NCBI GenBank assembly: GCA_016840405.1
Contig: JAEOSK010000003.1
Span: 66,917-130,916 of the forward strand
Origin: Candidatus Hermodarchaeum yapensis
GTDB lineage: Archaea > Asgardarchaeota > Hermodarchaeia > Hermodarchaeales > Hermodarchaeaceae
Direction: 5' to 3'
Length of the DNA stretch: 64,000 bases
The notes under the pieces are model-generated. The model was not told where the DNA came from. It worked only from the letters and a program-made list of their open reading frames with translations, and did not search any database. Positions 28,254 through 38,451 of the stretch are shown here, in pieces. How positions within the stretch are numbered: the first letter of the stretch is position 1; each line of letters begins with the position of its first letter. A program made the position numbers and the translations under genes.

Positions 28254-30458
28254 CTAGGTTTCTTCTAGAGGCAGGACGATTCGGAAGGCGGCGCCTTTCT
28301 TTGGTGATGATTCGAGAAGCTCGATTGACCCGCCATATGCTTCAAGGACACGCTTACTGAGATTCAGTCCCAGGCCACTTTCAGTTGTTGCAGCGCCTCG
28401 TTCGAAAAGTTTGGGCAAGAGTTTCTTAGGAATACCAGGACCGTTATCAACAACATCAATTTTCACATGATTATGGTCTCGTGTGATAGAAATGTTCACA
28501 ACGGGTTTGGTTCCTGCATGTTGGGCAGCGTTACGGAAGAGATTGTCGAACACCATCGGCAGAAGCCTTCCTCCAGTTACGCGTAATCTTCTGATTTTCA
28601 GCGGAGCTTTCACTTTAATCTTGAGTTGCTTGTGGGCGGTACTTGCTTGATCTGCGACGCGTTCAATGAGGGCAACGATTTCTTTTTCTGCTTCTTTTTC
28701 GGGTCGACCAAAGACGTCTAGGAGTCGTGTCATTCGTTCAGCTGATGCCCTTGTTGCCGTGAGAAACTCGTAGAGTTCTGAATCTTCAGGTGTTACCATT
28801 TGAGCAATTTCTGTGGTACTGAAGATCACTTGGAGGTCGTTGCCGAGGTCGTGCCGTAGAAGTGAAGCATAGAGTTCAAGGTCACGGTTAGTGTTTTTGA
28901 GCTCCATTTCGGCGAGTTTGCGGTCGTGGATGTCACGAACTAATGTGAAGAGAGCGATGACTTGTCCGTCTCGCCTTATTGGGGTGCTGCTGACTTCACC
29001 CCATTTTCGAGATCCATCCTTGGCGATAAAGGCGTATTCAGCTGGAGGAACAGGTTTTCCTTCTAAAAGGCGTTTAGAGCTTTCAAGGACTTGTGGTAGG
29101 CTTTCAGGTTCCATAAGGTTTAGTTCAGGAAAGAATTTGCCCTTAAGCTCGCCTGGATGATAGCCGAGGTGTTTTTCGACGGAGGGTGACACATCAACGA
29201 TACTAAGACTTGAGTCAATATAGAGAATGACATCACTTAATTTTTCGAAGAATAGGCGATAACGTTCTTCGCTTGCGGCGAGGGCCTCTAGGGCATTTTT
29301 TCGATCGGTGATGTCTTCGATTGTTCCCTCATAGTAGATGACGTTCCCTCTAGAATTTCGAATTGAACGACTATTCAGAAGGACCCAAATAATTCGTCCG
29401 TCAAGTCGGCGAAATTGGGTTTCAAATCCACGGATTACTCCTTCTTGGATAACCCCTCGCGTGAATTCACTTCGAGCATTTGGATCAACATAGAATGTAG
29501 AGGAGTTCTTGGTTCGCAAGGAATCTTTGTCGGGGTATCCGAGCATATTAACGAGCGAGGGATTGACATCAAGGATGGATCCATCAGGTGTCGTTCGGTA
29601 TAATCCGACGGGAACACTTTCAAAGAGGCTTCGGTATTCAGCTTCAGCTTCTTTCACTTTAGTGATATCAGTTATGGTCGCCATAAGATGGCTCGGGGTT
29701 CCTGTTTCATCGGTGATTAATGTGGCCGTGATGTGAACGTCAATGAGGCGTCCGTCTGACTGGTATCTGGAGTATTCACCACTATAATGACCTTTCTCGA
29801 TAATCTCCTCGAAAATTTTAGGACCTATGTCTTCATAACCAATAAGATCTAGGGCATTTCCTCCAAGCAGTTCCCCTTCCTCTTTATCCCCAATGATGTC
29901 TACAAATGCGTCATTCGAATAGGTGATTTTCCCTTTAAGATCTGTAATCACAATACCACTCGGCGAACTCGCCATAGCCTTTTCATGGAGTAGGCGTGCG
30001 GTTTCAGCTTTTTTACGTTCAGTTGTGTCCCTCACAATAGCAAGAAAAGCCTTCTTTCCGCGATATTCTATCAGACGTGCGCTAATTTCAACGGATATCT
30101 GTTCTCCCTTTTTATGTTTGATTTGAGTTTCAAAAAGGATCGACCCTTTTTCTTGGACTTCTCGAACATGTTCAGGTATTAACGGAAAAGCATCAGCACC
30201 ACCAAAATCATAGGGCTTCATCTGAAGTAGTTCATCATAGTTGTAGCCTGTGAGTTCACACGCACCTCGATTCACATCAATGAACCGTCCCTCAGAATCA
30301 ATGAAGAAGAAGGCATCACTGGCATTATTGAAAATTGTTCGAAACTTTTCTTCGCTCTCACGTAAAGCATTCTCGACACGATTCGGTTTTGTACTACCGA
30401 TCGTAGTGATTTTTCCCTTTTGTGAACGGGTCTTCGACTTTTTCGGTGCCATCATCAT
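28254..30458 (-). CDS. Cytoplasmic sensor histidine kinase with four PAS/PAC domains
   Basis: Four PAS repeats ending in RDT/DIT/DIT/RDI; H-box RHDLGN; N-box FRNA; DNGPG and GLGL boxes. Confidence 0.92.
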   Translation of the reverse strand: MMMAPKKSKTRSQKGKITTIGSTKPNRVENALRESEEKFRTIFNNASDAFFFIDSEGRFIDVNRGACELTGYNYDELLQMKPYDFGGADAFPLIPEHVREVQEKGSILFETQIKHKKGEQISVEISARLIEYRGKKAFLAIVRDTTERKKAETARLLHEKAMASSPSGIVITDLKGKITYSNDAFVDIIGDKEEGELLGGNALDLIGYEDIGPKIFEEIIEKGHYSGEYSRYQSDGRLIDVHITATLITDETGTPSHLMATITDITKVKEAEAEYRSLFESVPVGLYRTTPDGSILDVNPSLVNMLGYPDKDSLRTKNSSTFYVDPNARSEFTRGVIQEGVIRGFETQFRRLDGRIIWVLLNSRSIRNSRGNVIYYEGTIEDITDRKNALEALAASEERYRLFFEKLSDVILYIDSSLSIVDVSPSVEKHLGYHPGELKGKFFPELNLMEPESLPQVLESSKRLLEGKPVPPAEYAFIAKDGSRKWGEVSSTPIRRDGQVIALFTLVRDIHDRKLAEMELKNTNRDLELYASLLRHDLGNDLQVIFSTTEIAQMVTPEDSELYEFLTATRASAERMTRLLDVFGRPEKEAEKEIVALIERVADQASTAHKQLKIKVKAPLKIRRLRVTGGRLLPMVFDNLFRNAAQHAGTKPVVNISITRDHNHVKIDVVDNGPGIPKKLLPKLFERGAATTESGLGLNLSKRVLEAYGGSIELLESSPKKGAAFRIVLPLEET

Positions 30459-30625
30459 TCCCCTTTTGTGGGGTAGCTTTACGGAGGGGTGCCTGAATTC
30501 CCCAACCTCTTCTCAAATTTGGTATCTAGTTAGTGGTAATAAGTGTCTTTCGTTCAATCTTTTAGAAAACTCTAAGAATTGCGAAAAGAAATGCTAGGCA
30601 AATGATGGACCAGATGTGGGTTTTT

Positions 30626-31522
30626 CTAATCTATGATGGCTTTTAGGTGGAATTTGTGTTGACCGAGTTTGCCTCCGAAGTTCGCAGCGGTAACACGAAC
30701 CAGATCGGACACTTGGACAGCCGCATGAAGCGCTGCACGCATTCCATCTTGAACGGCGTTCTTGCTAAGACCGTTGAGTACAATTTCGAGAACGCTGTTG
30801 ACATTTGGAGGAACCAGAGAATCAGGAACTTGCTCACGCAGGGTCGGGCAAAGGCGAACGTTTGTCGAGGCTTTCAGGAAATCGTATTTCGATCCTACTT
30901 GACTCCCACTGCGACAGATACCCCCTGGAAACGGTGCTACGCAGCCATCGACAGCTTGAATGGCTTCAACCGCAGCCTCTGTAGCTTTTAGTGTACCTTT
31001 TCGTGTTTTACCCATCAGGATTAGATTTCCACCACCCACACCTTTCCTAATTCCGAATTTTTCTTCGATGAGAAATTCACCTTCAATGACTGGAATCCGC
31101 CACAAGAGCAGTTTGTCACCTACCCGTTTTCGATCTTCGTATCCATCTCCGAAATAACGCAGTTGATCACCCACATCCACCCATTCTTCGGCATCATCCA
31201 ATGCATTGAATACGGCAGATGTTGGACAGGTGAGAATACATTGTCCGGTTCGCTTACGCAGCTGCTTCGCTAAATCTTTGGATTTCAAAGCAGCAAAGAG
31301 CAACGTGATGCCGGGACGCTTATCGGGTGTTTCGGTTTTGGGTATGATTTGGTCAATACCCGCTTCAACTTTACATTCAATCACAGAGGTTGCGAATCCT
31401 GCCGCGGATTGAGCACAGATTTGAGCCCATTTTGCCGTATCGGCAGTCATCAAAATTCGTGCAACCTGCATATCAAAGGCTTCAGCGAAGGTATCTTCGA
31501 TTTCTACTCCATTCAATTCCAT
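30626..31522 (-). CDS. ftr: Formylmethanofuran:tetrahydromethanopterin formyltransferase
   Basis: NGVEIEDTFAEAF, GQCILTCPT, GGICRSGS and NFGGKLG motifs. Confidence 0.96.
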   Translation of the reverse strand: MELNGVEIEDTFAEAFDMQVARILMTADTAKWAQICAQSAAGFATSVIECKVEAGIDQIIPKTETPDKRPGITLLFAALKSKDLAKQLRKRTGQCILTCPTSAVFNALDDAEEWVDVGDQLRYFGDGYEDRKRVGDKLLLWRIPVIEGEFLIEEKFGIRKGVGGGNLILMGKTRKGTLKATEAAVEAIQAVDGCVAPFPGGICRSGSQVGSKYDFLKASTNVRLCPTLREQVPDSLVPPNVNSVLEIVLNGLSKNAVQDGMRAALHAAVQVSDLVRVTAANFGGKLGQHKFHLKAIID

Positions 31523-31654
31523 TGTTAGTACACCAGACCAGAGTCGTAATGAAAATAATCATAAATAAGGTTACCATACAACCTAAAGTTCTTTAGGCTA
31601 GTTCAACGAATTGCGAATACCCTAACCAATTACCCAGAAGTGGAGTTACCAAAA

Positions 31655-32548
31655 ATGGCAACCTCAAAAGTTGTGCTTCGACCCACCATTGATCCGAGCG
31701 AACAAGTTCCCCTAAATCTTGGAAATGTTACACCAGATACCTTCGCAGGGAAGTCATTGGAAAAAATCAACAAAATCAAGATTTGGCACGGAAATCGACG
31801 TCTCACCCTTAGCAAAGTCTTTGAAGTTACTGGAAAAACTGTCAAAGCCCCTGAAAAGACGGTAATAGAGGTTCAAGGGGACATTCCATATTGTCGTCAT
31901 TTGGGGGAGGATATGACAGCAGGGAAGATTCTCGTAAAGGGAGACGTTGGTATGCACTTAGGCGTCCGCATGAAGGGAGGAACCATCGAAGTGAAAGGAA
32001 ACGCAGATCATTGGCTGGGTGCGGAGATGTCTGGAGGAGCTATCCGTGTTGGAGGGAACGTTGGTGATAAAGCCGCGTCGGCCTATCTTGGAAGTAAATA
32101 TGGTATGAATGGGGGAAGCTTGCACATTAAGGGCAATGCAGGACAAGAACTTGGAATGGGTATGCGTCGTGGTGTAATTGTCGTGGATGGTGACACTGAA
32201 TCTTTTACTGGCACGCAAATGCTTGCAGGTACGATTATTGTTAGAGGACAACTGGGTGACCGGGCAGGTGCAGCGATGCGCTACAAAGGCACGATTATCG
32301 CCCTTGGTAAAGCAGAATCCCTAATGCCAACGCATTTGTTCAATGGTGAATATTCAGAAATGCTCGTCCTTCGGTTGTTAATGGATGCAATTGAAGCAGA
32401 AATTCCTGGCGTAACCTTTTCTGAAAAAGAACGAATCGGCCCCTATCTTAGATATACAGGCGACTTTGGCTCCGGGGGTCGTGGTGAATTGCTGTTATTC
32501 AAACCAAAGAATACACACATTCTCGAGGCAAGAAATAATGGCGATTAA
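31655..32548 (+). CDS. fwdC: Formylmethanofuran dehydrogenase subunit C
   Basis: GxxMxGG beta-helix repeats; PDTFAG motif. Confidence 0.92.
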   Translation: MATSKVVLRPTIDPSEQVPLNLGNVTPDTFAGKSLEKINKIKIWHGNRRLTLSKVFEVTGKTVKAPEKTVIEVQGDIPYCRHLGEDMTAGKILVKGDVGMHLGVRMKGGTIEVKGNADHWLGAEMSGGAIRVGGNVGDKAASAYLGSKYGMNGGSLHIKGNAGQELGMGMRRGVIVVDGDTESFTGTQMLAGTIIVRGQLGDRAGAAMRYKGTIIALGKAESLMPTHLFNGEYSEMLVLRLLMDAIEAEIPGVTFSEKERIGPYLRYTGDFGSGGRGELLLFKPKNTHILEARNNGD

Positions 32549-33515
32549 GACGAAACCCAGTGTCAATAAACTGGCAATGAACCTGGTCAATCGACTAATC
32601 AAAGATAGTGATGTTCTTCGAGTTAAGGTTCACAAAACCAAAGGAAAAACGACCATTATTGACTGCGGAATTGATGTTCCTGGCAGTCTTGAAGCAGGAC
32701 GATTAGTCTCCGGAATCTGCATGGGTGGATTAGGAACTGTTACAATAGAAACAACAACTGTAAATGACAAAACCTTTCCCGCCACTCGGGTAGCAACTGA
32801 CACTCCGCCACTAGCCTGTATCGGTTCCCAAGCAGCTGGGTGGGATATTAAGGTCGAAGGATTCTTTGCCTTGGGATCAGGACCAGCTCGCGCCCGATCT
32901 CGAGTGGAGAGCAAACTTTTCGATAAACTCAACTATAAAGACAATCACAAAGAAGCGGTTCTTGTATTAGAGACACGAACCATCCCTAATCCGGCTGTGT
33001 GTGAATACGTGGCAGAAAAGTGCCAAATCGATGAAAAAGACCTGTACCTTCTCGTGGCGCCTACAGCCTGTATTGTTGGCTCTGTACAAATTGCGGCACG
33101 GATTGTAGAAACTGGAATTCACAAACTCAAAATTCTTGGCTACGATATCCAAAAGATACTCAGTGGAATTGGATTATGCCCTATTGTCCCAGTTGCCCGA
33201 AAAGATATGCGAGCCATGGGTATCACCAATGATGCCATTCTGATGATGGGTGAAACTTTCCTTTCCATCCAATCAACTGAAGACGATGGACTAGCAGACC
33301 TGATCAAACAAGTGCCATCGTCAACTTCTTCGGATTATGGGAAACCCTTCCGCCAAATCTTCAAAGACGCTGAAGGAGACTTTTACAAAATCGATAAGAT
33401 GCTGTTTGCGCCAGCGCACATTGCCGTTAATGACTTACGAACAGGGCTATTCCATTCCGCGGGTCAACTTGATCCTAAACTTTTCTTCGAGGCATTAGAA
33501 TCAACCCTTGGCTAG
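32538..33515 (+). CDS. mch: Methenyl-tetrahydromethanopterin cyclohydrolase
   Basis: ICMGGL, GSQAAGW, GSGPARA and DFYKIDKMLFAPA motifs. Confidence 0.95.
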   Translation: MAIKTKPSVNKLAMNLVNRLIKDSDVLRVKVHKTKGKTTIIDCGIDVPGSLEAGRLVSGICMGGLGTVTIETTTVNDKTFPATRVATDTPPLACIGSQAAGWDIKVEGFFALGSGPARARSRVESKLFDKLNYKDNHKEAVLVLETRTIPNPAVCEYVAEKCQIDEKDLYLLVAPTACIVGSVQIAARIVETGIHKLKILGYDIQKILSGIGLCPIVPVARKDMRAMGITNDAILMMGETFLSIQSTEDDGLADLIKQVPSSTSSDYGKPFRQIFKDAEGDFYKIDKMLFAPAHIAVNDLRTGLFHSAGQLDPKLFFEALESTLG

Positions 33516-33590
33516 ATTAGGATTTTTGGCAAAAGCCTAAAATCTGTAAAAGCCTCTTTAGAGGAACAAGAAAATCGAGGAGGCTTTTTC

Positions 33591-33944
33591 TTGAAGAAAG
33601 GAATCGCTCCAAGTGAAGTAGCCAAACTCTTTTACAAATACCTTCAACAGAAAAATTACGAAAAATGGCTGTTAACATTCCGAAAATATCATCAAGATCA
33701 AGCGGAACGCTATGGTTCTTCTCCAGACTTGTATTGGCGTGCGGGGCAGAAAATGCAGGAAAAATACGGGTATGTCTACAAACATGTGCCTGAAAAGGAC
33801 ACACAATTAGATGAGTCTCGGTGGAAGTTCTTTTTTCAGCGCTATAGGTCCGATGGGAAAAAGAGTGGAAGTCCTGCACCCATCACGATTATACGCGATG
33901 AAGAGTTAGATGGCGAATGGCGTGTTGATGTAGCGACAGTATGA
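33591..33944 (+). CDS. Hypothetical protein, NTF2/cystatin-like pattern
   Basis: Strong GAGGAGG RBS; PSEVAKLF...GEWRV pattern. Confidence 0.6.
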   Translation: MKKGIAPSEVAKLFYKYLQQKNYEKWLLTFRKYHQDQAERYGSSPDLYWRAGQKMQEKYGYVYKHVPEKDTQLDESRWKFFFQRYRSDGKKSGSPAPITIIRDEELDGEWRVDVATV

Positions 33945-33975
33945 ATTACTGAGCTCCTTAGATGGAGAGTGGACA

Positions 33976-35394
33976 ATGACGTGGGATGTAATTACGTTCG
34001 GGCTCGTACTCGCGGGGTTCATTGTTCTCGTGGCTTGGTTCAGTGAGCTATTAACCAGAATCACACGGATTCCCAACATTGTCTTTTACCTTCTATTCTC
34101 ATTACTGCTCGCACCCTTTATTTTTCTCTTTGGAGCTGGCCTTATTGATCAACAAATTCTGGAACTGATTATTGGTCTGTGTATAGCCATTGTTGTGTTT
34201 GAAGGGGGATATAGTTTCAATAGGTGTATATCAACAATTGAATCCCATCTGCCTGGACATCGACGGAGAGACTGTAAACCGCTTCCTTTCCGCCATCTAC
34301 TTCGACGTATCCTTCGATTATCTGTTATTGCAGGGATAATAACCGCTATAGTCATGACGTTCATCTTCATATTCATCGCTGGATTTCCACCAATTCTTGC
34401 AGCACTTGCTGGAGCCCTTTGTGCAATCACCGGTCCAACAGTGATCAATCCGATTCTCCGTGAACTTAATATCAAAGAAGATATCGCAGAAACACTTCAG
34501 GGCGAAGGCGAATTAAATGACCCAATATTTGGAATCGTAGCTGCTGCAATCTTTACTGCCTTCACTATTGAAGCAATCGTAGGAACAACTCATTTAGTTT
34601 TAATTATAGTCTTATCCGCAGTCGATTTAGTTATCGGCATCCTTGTTGGCTTAGCCATTGGTGGAATTGGAATCTTTTTGGGAAAATATATTCGACCTTG
34701 GGCAACAATACGTTATGGTCACCGATTCAATCAAACTGTTGTAGTGACATTAGATATGCTTGGTCTGCTTTGTGCAGCCCTTATTGCCTATGGTTTGGGA
34801 AAAATATTCGGAATTGAAGCAGCTATTACAGCTACGTTAATTGCAGGAGTATTACTAGGTCAACGTCACCGCTTTGAAAGACATATACACAATCATAGGA
34901 CAAAAGAAGAGCTAGAAGAATTGGAGGAACTAATTGAGGCAGAAATTCATACCTTTCAGTTACCTTTGACTCACATCGCTGTAGCTACAATTTTCATAGT
35001 GTCAATCTCGTTTACATTGCCGTTTCTTGTAACTGTTGCCTCACAAATAAATTCAGTGCTTCTAGCACTTACCGTTGTCTGTCTTCTGATATTCGTTGTT
35101 CGACCAATCGCGATTTTTGTAGCGACAATGAGATCGCCCTTATCTTTTCGTGAAAAGCTATTTTTGAGCTTTCTTGCCCCACGGGGTGTTATTATATCAG
35201 CATTGGCTTTGTTTTTTGCTTTTGATATCACACTTCATCCGTTAGGTTCCACGAATCTTGCAGCAACGCTTCTATGGTTTATCCTAGTCATTGTTTTTGT
35301 GACAGTTCTCGTTCAAGGAAGCTTAGCATCCTGGATGGCTAGGAAAACTGGCGTAATCGCATCCGAACCCGAAGAAGATTCAGAATTACTTTAG
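33976..35394 (+). CDS. CPA1 (NhaP-like) cation:proton antiporter
   Basis: VVFEGG, TGPTVI, GEGELND and PRGV motifs. Confidence 0.88.
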   Translation: MTWDVITFGLVLAGFIVLVAWFSELLTRITRIPNIVFYLLFSLLLAPFIFLFGAGLIDQQILELIIGLCIAIVVFEGGYSFNRCISTIESHLPGHRRRDCKPLPFRHLLRRILRLSVIAGIITAIVMTFIFIFIAGFPPILAALAGALCAITGPTVINPILRELNIKEDIAETLQGEGELNDPIFGIVAAAIFTAFTIEAIVGTTHLVLIIVLSAVDLVIGILVGLAIGGIGIFLGKYIRPWATIRYGHRFNQTVVVTLDMLGLLCAALIAYGLGKIFGIEAAITATLIAGVLLGQRHRFERHIHNHRTKEELEELEELIEAEIHTFQLPLTHIAVATIFIVSISFTLPFLVTVASQINSVLLALTVVCLLIFVVRPIAIFVATMRSPLSFREKLFLSFLAPRGVIISALALFFAFDITLHPLGSTNLAATLLWFILVIVFVTVLVQGSLASWMARKTGVIASEPEEDSELL

Positions 35395-35478
35395 TTGTTA
35401 GAAAGTCCAATATCGTTGAATCGAGGAAATTTAAACAAGAACGTGACTTTATGAGTCAACCAACAGAAAGGGATACAT

Positions 35479-36900
35479 ATGGCACTTGAGTTTGCTCTGC
35501 TCATTGTGATCTTTGCAGCAATAGTTGTAAGTGCTACTTTTTTCTCACACATATTTTCTGAACTCACACGACTTCCACGCCTAATTTTCTATATCATCGT
35601 TGGACTGAGTCTTGGACCACTTGTCTTGAATTTACTAAACCCTGAAATTCTCACAATCAACGAAGGTCAGTTCCTTGAGGCTGTTATTGCCGTTGCGGTT
35701 GCAGTGATAGTTTTTGAGGGCGGTTACAGTTTCAACCGCTGCCTCCCACACGAGCAAGCGTGCTCTCCTATAGAATTTCGACAGCTTATCGGGAATGTCC
35801 TCCGACTATCACTCATCGGTGGATTGATCACAGCGACGCTTATGACCCTCGTCTTCTTGTTCGTCGCCGCCATTATTCCACCCTTAGCACTGTTGATGGG
35901 CGTGTTGACTATGATTACCGGACCAACCGTAATCAATCCCGTTGTTCGCCGATTAGGAATTAAAGAAGATGTCGCGTTCACCTTGGAAGGAGAAGGACTA
36001 ATTAATGATGCAATAGGTGTGATTCTAGCCTCCGCCATTTTTACTGCTATACAGGCTTCTTTGTCAGGCGTTCCCATTGCCTTGCCTGTAATAGTCACAG
36101 TTAACCTCTTGATTGGAGTTTTAGCAGGTTTAGCAGTAGGTAGTATTGGAGTATTCATCTCACAATGGATTGGTCCCCGATTTAATGCCCGCTACAAAGA
36201 CCAAATTGACACGCACAGCATTACCCACCTCTCTCGGATTGGCATGCTAATCGTAGCATTCGCTGCCTTTGCACTCGCTGAAACCTTTGCTCATCACGCT
36301 GGAATCGTTGCAGCATTGATTGCAGGTATTATGTTGGGAAATCGAGACAAATTTGGCATCGGACCCGAAATCGACTGGGAGGACTACGAATCCTATGATA
36401 TGAAGCGACATATCGAAGAAGGCGTACATACTTTTCAATCAGACCTAGTTCAGCTAGCTATCGCTGCCGTTTTCCTCCTCCTCACCTCATTCATCACTTG
36501 GGATCTCCTCTATGTGACGCTTTTCACGCCTTTCTTTCTGGCAGGTTTGGTTGCAGTGGGATTACTCATCATTGTCATTCGCCCCTTAGCGGTGATGGTG
36601 TCCACCCATAGGACGGGATTTACACTTCGCGAACGCATCTTCATGAGCTTCTTTGGTCCCCGAGGAATCGTTATCGCAGCCACAGGGGTCTTCTTCTCCA
36701 TTACGCTATCACTGAACTATGCCTTTGTGTACCCCCAGCTCACCGGTTACATCTTTCTCATCGTCCTACTGACAGTGATCATTCAGGCTGGATTAGCTCC
36801 CTTTTTGGCAAAAACCTGTGATGTCTGCACAGTTGAATACGGCGAACCGTCAGCTGCTGAAAAAGAGGCTAATTTAAATGAAGCTAGAGAGGGAAGCTAA
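35479..36900 (+). CDS. CPA1 (NhaP-like) cation:proton antiporter, tandem paralog
   Basis: IVFEGG, TGPTVI, GEGLIND and PRGI motifs. Confidence 0.88.
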   Translation: MALEFALLIVIFAAIVVSATFFSHIFSELTRLPRLIFYIIVGLSLGPLVLNLLNPEILTINEGQFLEAVIAVAVAVIVFEGGYSFNRCLPHEQACSPIEFRQLIGNVLRLSLIGGLITATLMTLVFLFVAAIIPPLALLMGVLTMITGPTVINPVVRRLGIKEDVAFTLEGEGLINDAIGVILASAIFTAIQASLSGVPIALPVIVTVNLLIGVLAGLAVGSIGVFISQWIGPRFNARYKDQIDTHSITHLSRIGMLIVAFAAFALAETFAHHAGIVAALIAGIMLGNRDKFGIGPEIDWEDYESYDMKRHIEEGVHTFQSDLVQLAIAAVFLLLTSFITWDLLYVTLFTPFFLAGLVAVGLLIIVIRPLAVMVSTHRTGFTLRERIFMSFFGPRGIVIAATGVFFSITLSLNYAFVYPQLTGYIFLIVLLTVIIQAGLAPFLAKTCDVCTVEYGEPSAAEKEANLNEAREGS

Positions 36901-36982
36901 CCAAAAAAAGCTACTTCACTTATCATAACCCCTCTCTCGCTTTATAGAGACCGGTTTCCAAATAACTAATGGCGGTGCGGAT

Positions 36983-38368
36983 GTGAGGCAACTTAAGAGC
37001 AGAGGCTCATCAAAACGGGTCAAGCTCGTGAAGAAAGTCCGCAAAGTCGCACCCTATCTAGCCCCTGTGGTGGATGGCGTAGAAGCCGCCCAGGATCTAG
37101 ATGTAACCATGCAGACCCTGTCACCTGATTCCAGTCAGACCCGCTGTCTTGTCTGCAAGGGTGGCAAGATGCTCTGTGGGAAGTCTTCCTGTCCTCTCCT
37201 GCACCGACTTTATTCTTTTTTGAAAATTAAGCCCCTCCTTAATAAAACAGATTTAGAGGGATCATCACCGCCAGGGGTCTTCGTTGGACGTTTTGGATAC
37301 CCCAAAGTCTACGCTGGCCCCTTGGTCCCACCCATCATTGGGGATACTTCCATTTATGATTCCCCTGAAGACTGGATGTACCTTGAGCTTAACCAAATTC
37401 TGGAGTATCGATACTCCCTAGTTCGTGGTATGCACAGAGTCACTGTCACTGAACCGGAACAGTCTGGTCGGATAATTGATGACACGCGAGATATGACACT
37501 CGCATCGGGTCCGGTGGAAACCGAAGTAATGTTCAAGAAGCGTCCTCGACGCCCATTACGCCTTGAATCAGAGGTTCAACCAATGGGACCGTCTGCAATG
37601 CTTGAGAAATTTGTACTGGGAACGATGAAAGGCCATAGACGTCTTGAACGGGCGTACGAAGATCGTGACTTGAAAGCAGCTCCAGCAATTATTGACCTCT
37701 ATGACAATGATGTGAACCTCACAAAAATCACCCGGGCCTTCAGTATGGGAAGTTTTGGTATTGGTCCCAACAGGCGTATGGTTCCCACACGATGGAGCAT
37801 CACAGCTGTGGACAGCACCGTTGGCCGCCATTTCCGTTCAAAAGTCAAAGAGCACCCGCTTATCAATGAACATCGTGTCTACGAACATAATTTTCTTGGT
37901 GACCACTTTAAAATCCTCATGAGCCCCGAAGCTTGGAGCTACGAACTCTGTGAAGCCTGGTTTCCAGGTACGTCTTGGAATCCCTCTGGACACCATGTTG
38001 GCATATGCAGTGATTGGGAACCCTACAAGGGTCGTACCACCTATGCCTCCATAGGTGGCTGTTACTATGCTGTCCGTGCAATGGCGACTGAACATCTCGC
38101 CAAGGAACGTCGACAGGCATCCGTTGTTGTCCTCCGAGAATCTCGACCCTCCCACCTGATGCCCTTAGGTGTATGGAAGTGTCGAGAAATTGTCCGAGAG
38201 GCATTACAACAACCATACTTACACTTTGATACTCGAGAGCAAGCCATTCATTATATGATGTCCGATTTTAAGATTGATTTGAAATCGTGGATTGAGGGAG
38301 GAAGCTTGTTGGCACGTCAGCTATATCAGCGACGGCTAACTGATTTTATATCTAAATCCAAAAACTGA
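36983..38368 (+). CDS. nreA: Archaeal Nre family DNA repair protein
   Basis: CLVCKG..LCG..CP, GSSPP.VFVG..GYPKV, VPTRWSITAVD; C-terminal PIP box QRRLTDFI. Confidence 0.9.
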   Translation: MRQLKSRGSSKRVKLVKKVRKVAPYLAPVVDGVEAAQDLDVTMQTLSPDSSQTRCLVCKGGKMLCGKSSCPLLHRLYSFLKIKPLLNKTDLEGSSPPGVFVGRFGYPKVYAGPLVPPIIGDTSIYDSPEDWMYLELNQILEYRYSLVRGMHRVTVTEPEQSGRIIDDTRDMTLASGPVETEVMFKKRPRRPLRLESEVQPMGPSAMLEKFVLGTMKGHRRLERAYEDRDLKAAPAIIDLYDNDVNLTKITRAFSMGSFGIGPNRRMVPTRWSITAVDSTVGRHFRSKVKEHPLINEHRVYEHNFLGDHFKILMSPEAWSYELCEAWFPGTSWNPSGHHVGICSDWEPYKGRTTYASIGGCYYAVRAMATEHLAKERRQASVVVLRESRPSHLMPLGVWKCREIVREALQQPYLHFDTREQAIHYMMSDFKIDLKSWIEGGSLLARQLYQRRLTDFISKSKN

Positions 38369-38451
38369 GTTAGGATGTTGAACTATGGAAGCACCTTCCC
38401 ACTTGGGAAGTCAGAGGACCTAAGCTTGTTTAGAATAAATTCTCAGCATTG

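Noticed and set aside
33513-33593. The mch TAG is in frame with the next ORF, with 25 open codons between (possible readthrough fusion)
   Set aside because: Mch ends at its normal C-terminus and the downstream ORF has its own strong GAGGAGG RBS; chance is a sufficient explanation.
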